Shown: positions 14,415-28,220, numbered from the stretch's first letter. The stretch: DNA of 64,000 bases from Octopus vulgaris (GCA_951406725.2 OX597816.1:148242001-148306000), one strand, 5' to 3'. Numbers and translations are program-made. The notes: generated by a model from the letters alone, not told the origin.

Positions 14415-14620
14415 CTGAGATGATTGAGATAAAAGATTCAGGATATGAAAGCATGCAATATTTCGTAGAAAATGAGCTTCGTAACAACGGTTGAGGTACT
14501 ATATGTACAGAGAAAACCGACGGCAGATTTGTACTATTGGAAAACAAAATAACGTTAGAGAAGTTGACGCCCGTAATCTCTCAAACAACTGCTTTCGAAG
14601 GAACTCAGGTAAGAAATCTT
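14415..14620 (+). pseudogene. Possible highly decayed Merlin/ISXO2-type transposase fragment
   Basis: Manual translation EMIEIKDSGY...*GTICTEKTDGRFVLLENKITLEKLTPVISQTTAFEGTQVR loosely follows the VEIDES...GxxxRxT...TLxPxI...GTxI pattern; weak. Confidence 0.25.
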
Positions 14621-14774
14621 TGTAACTTACAAATCAATAATACAAGCACAAGTTCCATGAATCTCAGACGAGTTTGAACACAGGATATAAAGACCGTAAG
14701 GAAAATAACACAAATGGTTTATTCGATGCTTTACCGACTCTTCCACAACACCACACTGTTATATAATAATTGTT

Positions 14775-14995
14775 TTTGATTTAGGCAGGCAGACGGCCAA
14801 CAATTTCGAGAGAAGCGGTGTTAGGTAACAACAGCGACTCCAGTTCTAGATTTATACTTAAACTTCTCGACCCCAGAGGGACGAAATGCAAACTATATCT
14901 CTCGGAGTTTTGAACTCAGAACGTAAAGACCTAGAACTAATATCGAAAGGCATTTCTTCGACGCTCTCACGATTCTGCTAATCTACCGCCTTGCC
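14775..14995 (-). mobile_element. Diverged SINE family B copy
   Basis: ttgaactcagaacgtaaag..gcattt..acgattctgc..ccgcctt matches the reverse complement of SINE B. Confidence 0.7.
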
Positions 14996-15406
14996 TTCTT
15001 ATATAATAATGATAATGTTTGTCTATCCCCCTTTCTTGCACCATTGAATCTTTGTATACATTCATTCGCCATACGAAACAAAATTACCACCGACAACATC
15101 TTCATCAACATGAACATTGTCGTCATCACCACCACCATTAACAACACCAACGGTAACGCCAAAGCCATATTTACATAACTTATGAATATCGAACAGTAAT
15201 TTGTGTATGCCTATATAAATGAATGACTTCATAATATCCAATCGAGAATTGATGTTCGATATACCATATTTAAGGTCTGAATATAAAGCAAAATTGATAT
15301 CATTGAACATAAACATATATACATGTATGAATGTGTGTGTGTATGTGTGTGTCTGTGTACATATACATATACATATACATATATATATGTATATGTATAT
15401 ATATAA

Positions 15407-15454
<48 letters not shown>

Positions 15455-15462
15455 ATGTATAC

Positions 15463-15494
<32 letters not shown>

Positions 15495-15824
15495 ATGTAT
15501 ACATATATATATATATATATATGTGTGTGTTTATGTATACATATATATATATATATATATATATGCATTATGACGCCTTAGAAAAATAAACAGAATCAGG
15601 TTTTTGAATTCATTAAATAATAACAAGATTTCATAAAGTTAATGCAAATTGGAAATATGTTATTTTTATCAATATTTTGTAAATTGAAAGTTGACCGACG
15701 TAATCATAACTAGGCACAAAACACATATAGATATAACAGGTCTCTCCACACAAACATACGTAAGCATACGAGTGTGTATATCTCTCCTCTTTGTGTGTTC
15801 TAGAATAACCGTTATATAATTCAT

Positions 15825-15934
<110 letters not shown>

Positions 15935-16115
15935 GATAAAGATTTATAGATATATGTATGTATTAGTATTGATGATATCTATGTGTACATATTTGCATAG
16001 ATAATGCATAATTTTATATAATCAGATCCTTTTATAGACACTTAAGTCTTTATGTAAAATCGTGTGTGTATATATGGGTAGACATTTAAATACCAGGCCC
16101 AAACATATCAATGCA

Positions 16116-16176
<61 letters not shown>

Positions 16177-16794
16177 CAGTGGACAGTTAATATCTATTGC
16201 TTTATACAGTAACTCATCGAATGGCACACACACACACACACATGTGTATGCAAATACACATTTATACATACAATAAATTTACAATTAATCCCATAAATGT
16301 CCCATACGCTAACAAACTTCTAGATACATATGCATGCATCTATGTCAGTGTATGTAATGCGTAGACCTGTATATTCGGTGCTATCTTTATGTGAATATAT
16401 ATATATTGAGCGTGTGCTTTTTATCAATTTATTAATGAGGAAATGGCAATTCTTTAATGTAATATCTATCGATTTACGGTTTAAATAATTATACCACGAA
16501 GATAACTGAATCTTAGAAATATGTCCTTACCTTCCCTCTCCGGTTTATGAAAATATTTCTACTCAAAACTTCGTACCAATCTAAACAGCTTATTCAGAAA
16601 AATCTATTATTATAATTAATGATGAAATTATGATTCTTCTAATGTTTACCGATACAGAATTTCCTTCTATCAGCATAGTAATGCTCGTTACACACACACA
16701 CACACGCACAAACAAACAAACAATATAATATACATATATATATATATACATACACACACAGACACATATATGCACATACAGATATATATTTATA

Positions 16795-16843
<49 letters not shown>

Positions 16844-16844
<1 letters not shown>

Positions 16845-17084
16845 TGGAGGCGTAATGGCCTAGTGGTTAGGGCAGTGTTTATTGAGCAAAAACACCTAAA
16901 AGCTCCACGAGGCTCCGGCAGGGGGTGGTGATCCCTGCTGTACTCTTTCACCACTCTTTCTCTCTCTCTTTCTTCTGTTGGCCTGCTTAGCCAGCGGGGT
17001 GGCGTCATTCGAAGGCTAAAACAATGCGAACGCATTGTGACCAGCGATGTGTAAAACATCTGATGGTCTAGTCGGTCCCGTGAT

Positions 17085-17091
<7 letters not shown>
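16844..17091 (+). mobile_element. SINE-like element with tRNA A-box, B-box apparently deleted, inserted in (TA)n
   Basis: ggaggcgtaatggcctagtggttagggcag start; GC-richer body bounded by (TA)n on both sides. Confidence 0.6.
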
Positions 17092-17122
<31 letters not shown>

Positions 17123-17212
17123 CAATATCTGTACACCACTTCTATTACTCTATACATATGTATATATCTGCTTATCCATTTATGTGCATGTTTTAGTAAA
17201 GTAGGGTAAAAA

Positions 17213-17251
17213 GTGACTTCAAGGTTTCCCTCTGTAACCCTTCGTCGGACA
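17213..17251 (-). ncRNA. Degenerate minimal hammerhead-like motif
   Basis: UGU-CCGACGA-AGGGUUACAGAGG-GAAA-CCUUGAAG-UC-AC; related to the motif at 26442; stem II does not pair. Confidence 0.35.
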
Positions 17252-17605
17252 GTATGACGAAAGCTAGCAGTCACTATCACCCTTTTCATACATATATATA
17301 TAAACACAGACACAAGTAAGCGGAGGTGGAAAAAAACCGTACTCGAATAACGAAGGTAATCGGCATTGGCTTCATTTCTGAGAAACCGTAACGTGAATCT
17401 CGGAGAAACACTTTAGTAAAATAACATACATATATATGTGTGTGTGAATGTGTGTACAAATATATTTCCTTGATGTGTATAAGTTTATATGTGTGTGTGA
17501 GAGAGAGTATGTGAGTGTGTGTGTATGTCTCTATATGTGTGTATATGTCTTTCTACATAAATATGCATATAGAAAGAACCAACACGTATACATAACAAAT
17601 TATCA

Positions 17606-17654
17606 ACAGACAGACAGATAGACAGATAGATAGGTAGATAGATAGATAGATAGG

Positions 17655-17727
<73 letters not shown>
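17606..17727. repeat. (GACA)/(GATA)n microsatellite
   Basis: Direct reading. Confidence 0.95.
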
Positions 17728-17846
17728 GTTTAACAACTCATGAGAATATTAGCGTGTTCATATAATTATGTATATATATATATATATAAACATACGGTTT
17801 TTGTGTTTTACTTAAATGGCTTATAAACACCTTCCACGCTGCAATT

Positions 17847-17908
<62 letters not shown>

Positions 17909-17959
17909 TGCCCCAATTCAAGGCAGGCTGTAAAGATGATCACTGAAAAGCATTCTGTG

Positions 17960-18400
17960 TTCCGGTCCACCATTCCTCCCAAACAGTCGACCAAAGTGCT
18001 TCTGCAAAGCTGTATATTATCTACCTAATTTGGCTTTTGCACCCCATTCCTGTCATCTAGCTCTGTACAATCCAAACGTGTAACCAAGATGGTGTTTGAG
18101 TCACTCACTAGCACTAAAGAGTGAGCAGTTCCTAGGAAATCCTACAGACACTTCAAGAAACCTGGATGTACCGCTACTTTCGAGGCATGTACAGTACTAG
18201 TCTGAAAGAACCCCCTTTACTACTAACATCCAGGAACACCAACTTAAGATCTGGATCCATGAAGATGCCCCTTATCGTCAGATACAGACATTTCCGAAAC
18301 AACATAACTTCTCAGCCTGCCATCCCATTCGATTTGGAGATGAAGAGATCCCTTGCCTACTGAAATTGGGCATGAATGTTTGTGGATCAGAAACTTTGGT
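17960..18400 (+). mobile_element. Decayed CR1/L2-type LINE 3' ORF2 fragment
   Basis: VQSKRVTKMV (cf. VQRRATKMV) and YRYFRGMYS..TSRNT..HFRN resemble the CR1/L2 region downstream of the RT. Confidence 0.4.
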
Positions 18401-19400
18401 CTCTCTGACATCAATATTTAGTTTTGTGTCCCACAATATTTAGTTTTGTGGGAGATTGTTCATGTCTGGAATGAATTCTATCACACTTTGATATGTTTAG
18501 ATTAATGACTTCCTTCAGTGGCCGGACCAGTTATTGTTTGTGCGGCTCTGGATCTTCAAAATATCAAAGAGAGGCGAAGTCACCAACTAACGAGAGTAAC
18601 TCAACAAAATTAAAGTAGATTGGTGAAAGGAGCAGTTAGTTCTGTCTTCATGTTCTTCCTGCCTATTGCTATGTCAGGAGTATCACCTCTAAACGTGCAG
18701 TATTTTTTCCTTTAATGACTTACGTCTGACACTGGGGCACCTTCCTGCTTGCTCTATTTTCCTGGGTTTTTTTTTTAATTCTCATCGTTGTATAATTTAG
18801 TTATCGGATTGGCTTTCTGTGGGATCGATACTGGAATGTTCCATTCTATGTTTCGCCAAGACGTAGTAAGAAGGTTTTAATACTTGAGACGTACATTTCA
18901 TCTCTTCCTACTCTCACATAGTATTTGTGAACCCGGTGTATAAATGGAACCGTAAATTGTGGTGTCTTGATTTATTATGCGTGTTGCTGCTGCTGTTGGT
19001 GGTGGTTGTGGTGGTAGTGATGGGTTCGGTGGTGATTTTAGCGGGGGAGAGAGAATTTTCAGGAGTATTGATTCAACAATTTGTTGTTTGTATTGCTACT
19101 GCTGTTCATACATTTTCTGAATGGAAAATTGCTAATATGCAGGTTGTTGAAACAGCTAACCTCCCACTGAAATTGCGAAGACATAAGGTTCGTTTTTTTC
19201 TCCTTAATATGAAACATCACTCACAACAAGCTTCAACATTCGGCGAACACTTCACGCTGCCAACTAGTGTTAGTGGGTGCTGATAAAAGAAATTAATACA
19301 ACAAGAGCCAAAATTACTTTCTTCAAAACAGCAAACTTAAATGGCGTTTTCACTAGCAATAATAATAATAATAATAATAGTAATAATAATAATAATAGTA

Positions 19401-19462
<62 letters not shown>

Positions 19463-19599
19463 CACAACAACTACACGCAACAACATCAGTTCGACAAAGC
19501 TCTACAAGTCAGCATTGCCCGGATGCTGGAAGAGTGCATGCACGTCGGTTTCGTCACCCTGCGCACACCATGGATAGCTTCCAAGTATTGATGGTCGGC

Positions 19600-20860
19600 C
19601 CTGTCTGACAGCACTTCTGTGTCAGTAGGGCTTGTCGCCAACCGGCAAAGCTCCCCGGTAACTTTACCAGGCCAGGGACTTGTGGGAGTTATCCAGAGGC
19701 CCCAGCCCGAAAGTACTCCGGAAAAGACTAGAAGACTAGTTAACTGATCCTTCTCGACGCCTGGAGTTTTCCCGAGGACGTTGTCGCTCTTTGCTTCCAC
19801 TAATCCTCTATAGAACTCCATAATGGAACTTCCACCGACCGCGCTGCCCGACTGTCAGAAACCTGTGAGGGCTTACCGAAATTCCACGTCCCCAGTCTAC
19901 GCTTTTTATTTCTCTACGCTTGATTCAGGACTATAGCTCTGTGAATGAAACGAGCTGCGAAAAAAATTCTGACAAACAGCGACCACACCCACTCACCGTT
20001 AATAAAACGCTGGATAAGACGCAGCCTCGGCGTGTTTCTGTGCATCATTAGCCACGACATACCCAGTCCCCTACTCAGCGGCTGTTGACAGCAGATGGAG
20101 CGTCTGATGAGCGGAACATGTCTCTTTTACAGAAATTGGAAGAGCAAGCACTCTTACTTGATCAGCTACGAAACTGGGCAAGAGACGATAGTCAGGTGGT
20201 AGTAGATGACGGAAGCGATATACGCATTCACCACCTCCACCCGGCCCTTCAGGGACAGCTTCCTCTCAGCACATTTCTGAGTGAGACTGGCAAGCCTGCT
20301 AGTCAGTCCCCCGCTTCCAGTTCTTGTCTACCTGGAGGTCCGGACCAAATCAGACCCAGAGCAATTAAACCAGTCCTTCCATCCAGCGCCCTATAATGGT
20401 GTTGGTTGGCACGGACCTGCCTCTCCAAGTTCCGAGCTGCAGGTCCGACTTGTCCTCATTGATTTTTGCTCCTGTCACGGCTTCGTACTCCCTTAAAGTA
20501 GTGCCGATCACCTCCATTTCCGAGCTGAGCGACACTATTACGGTGACATCGACCGCATAAACCGACACGAACCTTCCGCACCCTAGATCACGCAGAATAC
20601 GCCTCGAAATATCCAACTTCCTTAGCAATGGCTCGAGTGCCAGCACGTACAAAAAATGGAGAGATTGGGTATCCTTGGCGGACCGAACGAGCGATTGTAA
20701 ACAATTCCGATAGATGGCCGTTTACTTTGGACCACCGAACAGATGTCGCTGTGTGTTGCAGTGATCTAGCTTCTGACAACGGGACCGAAACCGTCCGCGA
20801 CGAGGACAGCTTCCAAGTATTGATGGTCGGCCCTGTCAAAAGCTTTCGGTTGATCCAAAA
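19600..20860 (-). mobile_element. Tx1/L1-clade LINE remnant (reverse transcriptase domain, frameshifted)
   Basis: LDQPKAFDRADHQYL, VNGHLSELFTIARSVRQGYPISP, YVLALEPLLRKL, SVYAVDVTV (YADD), YEAVTGAKINEDKS; GC-rich island between (TAA)n tracts. Confidence 0.85.
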
Positions 20861-20958
20861 TAATAATATGATACACGAAATCCGATGTTACATTAATCCA
20901 GTGGTTAGCGATAGCTGACACTTCCCCAACGAAGTTGCTCAATTAAAAAACAGCAACA

Positions 20959-21035
<77 letters not shown>

Positions 21036-22254
21036 TACTTTGGTTTATGCGTGTCAGGTTTTCTGTGTGTACCCATGAATATCTATGGATATGTGTACGC
21101 ATAAATATGCATGTATATCTGTGTGATGACGCGTATTTTTTCCTGGTTAGTCGAGGTTTTTTTTTTCTATTACCGTTCTTACATCAAATAAAATGGGCTG
21201 CGTTCCATTTTTTCTCTGTATTTTTGTAACAAAATAAGTCTTGACTCAACAATTTATTTGCTGAAAGGAAAGAAAAATGTAAGCCGGAAGTATAATAAAT
21301 TATGAATATAGAAAAAGAAAATAGAAGTTGATTAATCAAATATAATTTCCTTCTGTTAATAGAAATAGAAAACTAAAACACAAGCGAAATTTTGAAAAGA
21401 ATAATATGGCTGACCAGTTTAGATTATTTCAATATATTTCCGTTCATATAACACAGCTGTTTATTTTGGGTATTGCTGGCTGGGAGAGGAAAGGTATGAA
21501 AAATGAGTTGCTATATCGAATATATTCTCTGAAGCTGATAAGTTTGCCTGCGATTTTGGAATTACTCCAAAGATAAATCGAAAGAACTGTTTATATTGCT
21601 AGGTAGTCAGTCATCTATTGTTGTATCACACACATTCCTCTTCTCTCTTCTCTTAGTCTTCATCTCCTTGCTCTTTTCTTCATCTTAATATTATCACTAT
21701 TATTACCGCTATTACTCTTAGTAGTATTAGTATTACAATTATTATTGTTATTATTACTAGTGTTAATACGATTATTCCTGCTACTATACTCATTATATTA
21801 TTATTTTTATTTTTATTACTAATACTACTACTATCACAACTACAATGTTAGAATGGAAACCAATAATATGGAGCCGTCACAGATTGAGATGAATGTATTT
21901 AACATGTCTAAATGGTAAGGGGTGAGTCTGTGTGAGAGAACAGAGGAATAGTAAAGCAAGGTGAAGCAAAATATGATGGAGTAGAAGGTGGGATGAGATG
22001 AGGTGGAATTGAGTTGGCGAGTGAGCAATGACAAGCTAGATTCAATCAAGAAAAATATGAGACGGTTGGCTGATTTATTTCGGGAATATTCACACGGCTA
22101 CTGGTAGGTGTAGAACAATGTAGGGACTATAGACGGAGCACTTTTTAAATACTTATATGTGTATGAATGCATGAACGTATGTGTGTATGTACAACTGGAT
22201 GCATATAAGCATATGTGTGTCTGTATGTGCGCTGCGTGAGTGTATATATATGTA

Positions 22255-22368
<114 letters not shown>

Positions 22369-22394
22369 TATACTCATACACACACATATACAGA

Positions 22395-22436
<42 letters not shown>

Positions 22437-22452
22437 GTATATATACATATAT

Positions 22453-22497
<45 letters not shown>

Positions 22498-22790
22498 CAT
22501 ATCTCTTTCTATATATGTATATACACATAGTCTTCCGAAATATAAATGAGTTCGATATCTATTAAGCTCAAGTTAAAACTGATTTATTACACACTCACGT
22601 GTCATCCAGTCGAGTATTGTGTCAGTGTAGACTAGTTTGTTTTCTCTTTGTCATGTTTATCATTGCGTTGCGATGATATTGATATGATTTGGTAATTGCC
22701 TCGAAATTATTACCATATATATGTGAGTGTGTGTGCATGCGTTTGTGCATGAGTGTGTGTGTTTGTTTAGGTATGAATATATGCATGTAT

Positions 22791-22833
<43 letters not shown>

Positions 22834-22877
22834 GTACATGCACACACACACACACACAAAGATATATATATATATAT

Positions 22878-23051
22878 AGGTGCAGGCTGTGTGCCGAGGA
22901 CCTTGCTTCAAAACCACATAGACCCACAGTTCAAAACTACAGTTCCCCTGCACGGTACCTTTAGCAAGTGTCTTCTGCTATAGCCTCGAGCTCACCAAAG
23001 TCTTTTGAGTGGATTTGTTAAATAACAACTGAGAGAAGCCTGTCGTATATA

Positions 23052-23096
<45 letters not shown>

Positions 23097-23100
23097 GTGT

Positions 23101-23146
<46 letters not shown>

Positions 23147-23340
23147 TTGTGTCTTTGTACCTGTGCTTGACGACCAGTGTTGGGGTGTTTACTTTCATGT
23201 AAACTAGTGCTTCGCCACAAGAGAACGACAGAATAAGTACCAGACTTTAAAAATATGTACTGGGGTCGATTCATTGGACTAAAAATTCAAGTTGGAGCCT
23301 CCTGTATTACGGTAATCTAATAACCGAAGCAAGTAAAAAG
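22878..23340 (+). mobile_element. SINE family A, full length, with internal (TG)n
   Basis: gcaagtgtcttctgctatagcctcgagc..ccaaag..gtggattt..gaagcctgtcg-(TG)n-tail..aagcaagtaaaag. Confidence 0.8.
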
Positions 23341-23620
23341 ATGTGTGTGAGTGTTTGTGTGTGCGTGCGTGAATGAGTGTGTGCCTATATACACATACAT
23401 ATGTGTGTGTGTGTATAAACGTAAGATCCAAAGATTGAGATGTAGGAAGGAGGTTCGCTTCAAGCAAACCGTAGAAAATATTAAATAAGAAAACAATTTT
23501 CAGGAACAAGAGTCGTTTACTGAGGCGGAAGGTTGTGATTTTTTTTTTCCATAACGAAGTGTAGCAAGCTGAAATAAATATTTCACGGTAGATAGACAGG
23601 GTTGCCAGGTATGCGAATGA

Positions 23621-23928
23621 AATACAAGGAATGGACTAGATAATATCCGGGCTACATATGTTTCATAGCGAGCGGATCCTCGAAAGTGATAAATATCCAA
23701 ATAAGGTGGATATCTTGATTAAATGAAGTTTACATTGTCGTACGGAGGAACATGTCAACACACGGATGATTCAATCAGTTACGACGATGTATATTACATA
23801 TAATCACGATATTCTTGTCCTGAAGAGTAGCCTGTGGTATACACCTCGCCTGGATATTTACCACTTCCGAGGGTCCGCTCATTGTGAAACATATGTAACC
23901 TGGGTATTACCTACTCCATTCCTTTATC
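23621..23928. repeat. Diverged ~90-bp inverted repeat in a pseudo-LTR-like element
   Basis: 23621-23714 is the approximate reverse complement of 23838-23928; the ORF track shows DIYHFRGSAxxETYV on both strands. Confidence 0.8.
23816..23900 (+). ncRNA. Hammerhead-like motif with long stem II insert
   Basis: CUGAAGA (23820-23826)-GUAGC...AUUGU-GAAA-CAUAUG-UA; palindromic stem III ACAUAUGU, GUA triplet; stem I poor. Confidence 0.45.
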
Positions 23929-24187
23929 TCTCATATATATATATATATATATAAAAGAATTTTTTGTGTAATAAGATAAAAAAACAAGGAAGTGTAGTAG
24001 ATATTAGACTTTCTATCTATAAATGCTCTAATATCTACACAGCCTTGGTTTTTTTTTATCCTATTGCGCAAAGAATTCTTATATACACACGCTCACATAG
24101 AGCCAACGTTGAACCCTTTATTCGCAATATTACCGAATCTGGAACTTAACTATGGTCTGTCTGTAGCACTTAATCGGCATTACCTCT

Positions 24188-24275
<88 letters not shown>

Positions 24276-24283
<8 letters not shown>

Positions 24284-25470
24284 TAAATGAAATAAAACAT
24301 ATGCATATATGAAATATATGTACGTACCTACTCTACATGTACATATACACGATATATGAGTACAGGACACCAAAGGGACGTCGACACAATGAGAAAGAAA
24401 ACATAGACACAAACCAAAGGAACTGGACATTTTTTAAAAACAAAAAAATAAAGTACAGACTGTTTATATTCTGTACTATCGTTACTGTCCTGATTTTTTA
24501 CCAATTTTTTATATCTCAGAAATTGATTTGCTTTCGCAGGAAGAAAGTTTCTTGTCGAAGATACGTCTCTTTATCGAAATAGAGTAGATGAAACCATAGC
24601 GACTGAAGAGGGGTTTTTTTTGTGTTAGTTGTCCTGTACTCTATTTTTTTGTTGTTTAAAAAAAATGTCCAGTTCCTTTGGTTTGTGTCTATGTTTTCGT
24701 TTCTCATTGTGTTCGACGTCCCTTTGGTGTCCTGTACTCATATATGCGTGTATATGTACATGTAGAGGTAGGTACGTAAATATATGTTTATATATATGCT
24801 TATGTTTTATTTCATTTATTAATATATTATATGACGAAACGCACGCACCCCCTCAAGTAAGATTGTTCTGTATATCAAGTTTTGGTCTTGATATTAACTC
24901 TGACGCGCTCTCTTCACATTTCTGTCCCATCCCTTTCTCAGCCTTCATTCTTTGATTTCCTTTTCCTCTACTTAACTTGTCTCTTCCTCTCTCTCATTCT
25001 TCACTCTCTCTCTCCCCCTCACAATTCTTCATGGTTTCCTCGCAGCCATTCCCCTTCTTCTCTCCCTTTCTCTTGCTCCTCCTCCCCCCTTCCTGTCGTT
25101 CACCCGCGACGATACTTCCGCTCTGACTGTCTTTCTGGCCTGGCCTTTCAAGGTAATGGACGACATTCTTCTTGCTCCTCTCGTCGTTCACAAAAAATTC
25201 TGCGTTCGCAATACTTGATTTCGTTCGGCGTCAACAGCCCTTCTTATCTTGTTTTTCCCTGTCCTGTCTTTTACTGTTTATATTTCGTACTATCGTTACT
25301 GTCTTGTTTTTTTTTTTACCATTTTTTACCCCTCTGCGAAAAGATCTCAGAATTTTAATTGATTTGCTTTTCGCAGGAAGGAAAGTTTCTTGTCGAAGAT
25401 ACGTCTCGCTTTTATCCTTCGAAACGTAGAGTAGATGAAACCATAGCGACTGAAGAAGGGTTTTTTTCTT
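24276..25470 (+). mobile_element. Non-coding Penelope-like insertion: inverted plus partial-tandem pseudo-LTR structure in (TA)n
   Basis: About 185-bp inverted repeat 24276-24460 / 24621-24826; direct repeat about 24460-24620 / 25273-25470; (TA)n on both sides. Confidence 0.7.
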
Positions 25471-25530
25471 TGTATCTATATATGTATATATATGTATATA
25501 TGTATATATATATGTATATATATGTATATA

Positions 25531-25624
<94 letters not shown>

Positions 25625-25729
25625 CATGTAGATGTGTGTATATACTTACTCCCACATACACATACACTCACATACACATATACACACTGACATACGCATG
25701 CACACACACACGTAGTCACTTATATGTAT

Positions 25730-25930
25730 ATATGAATGTGTGCGTTCTTGTGTCTGTGCTGTCTATATTGTCCCCCACAACCACTTGACAACCGGTGTTG
25801 TACGTTTCCTGGGAAAGAGACCGATAGAATACGTACCACGCCTAAAACGTAAGTTCCACTAAAACCCGCCAAAGTCGTGCCCAAGCATGGCCACAGTTAG
25901 ATGACTTAAACAAGTAAATCTGAAAGATAA
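25730..25930 (+). mobile_element. SINE family A 3' half
   Basis: cttgacaaccggtgttg..gaccgatagaat..ccaagcatggccacag..aaacaagtaaa. Confidence 0.7.
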
Positions 25931-26441
25931 AAATGGATACGCGGGAAACAAGAGAAAATAGTGAAGGTCAAATCAAAATGTTCATATTACCATTTGAAAG
26001 AAGCTTTTAAGTTTGATAAGTCGTAGCAAGTTTTTTGTAATCGCAAGCGTATTGACGAAACTGAGTATTAATTAAGCAAATTCACCAGATATTAATTAAT
26101 TCCTAAAAAGTCATTTTGATTCATTTTGCGAAAGCATGGTGAATCGACCAAAAAATATCTATAATCCCACAAAGAACATAAATATGTTCTTTGTAGGGAT
26201 TACAAAGATTAATATATCATCTCATTAATTTTCATGTAGTTAGAAATACGCTCGCTCAGTCAGTATCTACAAAAGTGATTTAGTGATTTAATGGGGTAAT
26301 TAATAATATGGGAAAATTATATAGCGACTTCATATATAAATACACCCTATTCATAAATAGGTCTATGTATGTATATAAACGTCTTTGTGTGTATGTTACA
26401 CAGATACAAACATATGTACACGTACATACATAATTTATTTT

Positions 26442-26476
26442 CCGATGAAGGCTAAACAAGCCGAGACTTCGAAGTC
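26442..26476 (+). ncRNA. Minimal hammerhead-like motif (CCGAUGA core, GAGA for GAAA)
   Basis: CCGAUGA-A-GGCU(AAACA)AGCC-GAGA-CUUCGAAG-UC; 12-nt palindrome gacttcgaagtc; GUC triplet. Confidence 0.5.
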
Positions 26477-26718
26477 ACTGTTAATGTTATTCTTTCTGGC
26501 TATAAATAATAAATAGATACACTACAAAAAGCATTGCGAAATCCTTAAATTTACTGTAAATTCGTTTCTGTTTTTACTCGACATGAAAACGAAGATTAGT
26601 ATGTATATGCATGTGTATATATATATATATATATATAACAATAATAAAGGGTAACATTAATTAATCAATTAATAATTAATTATTTGACCAAGTAGTTCGG
26701 CATGTTAAAAGAACCTTA

Positions 26719-26974
26719 TACAAAAATTCTATAATTATAAGCATAATTATAATTAGGGTTCAGCAAAAATTGCTTCATCACATACCGAAAGTTAAAATAC
26801 TATTCTACTACCATAAGATATCTCCCAGACAGTATTGTTGTTGAGTATTGCTGTCTGGGAGATATCTTATGGTAGTAGAACAGTATTTTAACTGCTATTT
26901 CTAAATGTCGGTATATGGTGAAGCAAAGTTTTGCTGAACCCTAATTAAAATTATGATCATAATTATAGAATATT

Positions 26975-26977
<3 letters not shown>
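26719..26977. repeat. Foldback inverted repeat, about 115-bp arms, 18-nt loop
   Basis: ..ttctactaccataagatatctcccagacag / ctgtctgggagatatcttatggtagtagaa.. is perfect near the loop; the outer arms are diverged with a ~14-nt indel. Confidence 0.9.
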
Positions 26978-27044
<67 letters not shown>

Positions 27045-27129
27045 TTGTTTACTGTTCCGTTATGGTAATATAAAAGAGTACTTCATCCAGTGTAAGAGAT
27101 AAATATCATTATGCAGTGTATACCATATG

Positions 27130-27181
<52 letters not shown>

Positions 27182-28220
27182 TATATATGTGTATGTGTGT
27201 ATGAGGTTATACAGACGCTTAGTCTGGCTGTGCAATGCTGGGCTCACGATGGTTAGGGTATTGGTCTGTTCTTCAGTTCGTGGGGTGCGTTATGCCCTTG
27301 AGTAACGTACGTCATTTCAGTAGCTAGAATTTTGTGCCAATGACAACGTTAATCCAGTGACGAACTAAAATCTTGTTTACTGACCGGGGATCTAGTATCC
27401 ACAGTTGACTGAACAAAATGGAAAACCAGAATAAGACCCGGCCTCATGAGCCTGTAGGCTGGAACCACTTCATGTAAATCAATGCAAATGTTTGTTTGCG
27501 TCTAAATATGTATGTATGCATTATGTATGTATGCGTGCATGTAAGTTCTCCTTGAAAGTGTTCAAGCTGGTTGGTAGCAAAGTGATAAGACTATTTGAGT
27601 TAAGAGTGATGCTAGTGTTGTAAATATGTGGCTGAGTTGGTGTTTTAGTTGAACTGTCGATGCGGACACTCAAGTGTGTGCATCTATCCACATAAAGAAT
27701 TTCAGATGGAGAACTTCTGGAATATCTTACACATCTTCATTGTGTCACTAATAGACTGGATTTGGATAATCCGCGTCAATTTCTTTCGCTCTTTCTCCGC
27801 GAAACCAAGTGTTTCTACCTCTTTGTACAAATATGTTGGTACATAACCTAATGTACATTATGTACATTTATATGTATGTATGTATGTATAATTTTTTACA
27901 AACATACAAATATCCACACCTATTCCTTTTGGAGCAACAGAATACATACCAATCTGCCTGAAGCATATTAAGGTGAGCTTGGGTTCTTTGGTATAGAATG
28001 CAACTCCTTAATTCATATGCTATAACTGATCACGATATCTGGTATAATAAAAACCTGAAGGTCTTTAAAGTTTGAAAGATAATGAGCAAAAGGATATACT
28101 TTCCTTGACAACCTTCCTGCCAAGTAGGCCGGGGCTGTCAAAATTCGCTTTTGATTAATAAAAAAGGAACATACAAAGACAAATACATACAGACATGTAT
28201 ACATAAATACATACATACAC

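Noticed and set aside
14500-14613. Possible host exon ending in cag/gtaag
   Set aside because: No good polypyrimidine acceptor, no partner exons and no recognisable protein; a decayed transposase is at least as likely.
25385-25465. Permuted hammerhead from GAAACGUA ... CUGAAGA (similar in the 41.7 kb and 59.4 kb repeats)
   Set aside because: Core-like words are present, but stems I and II could not be paired convincingly.
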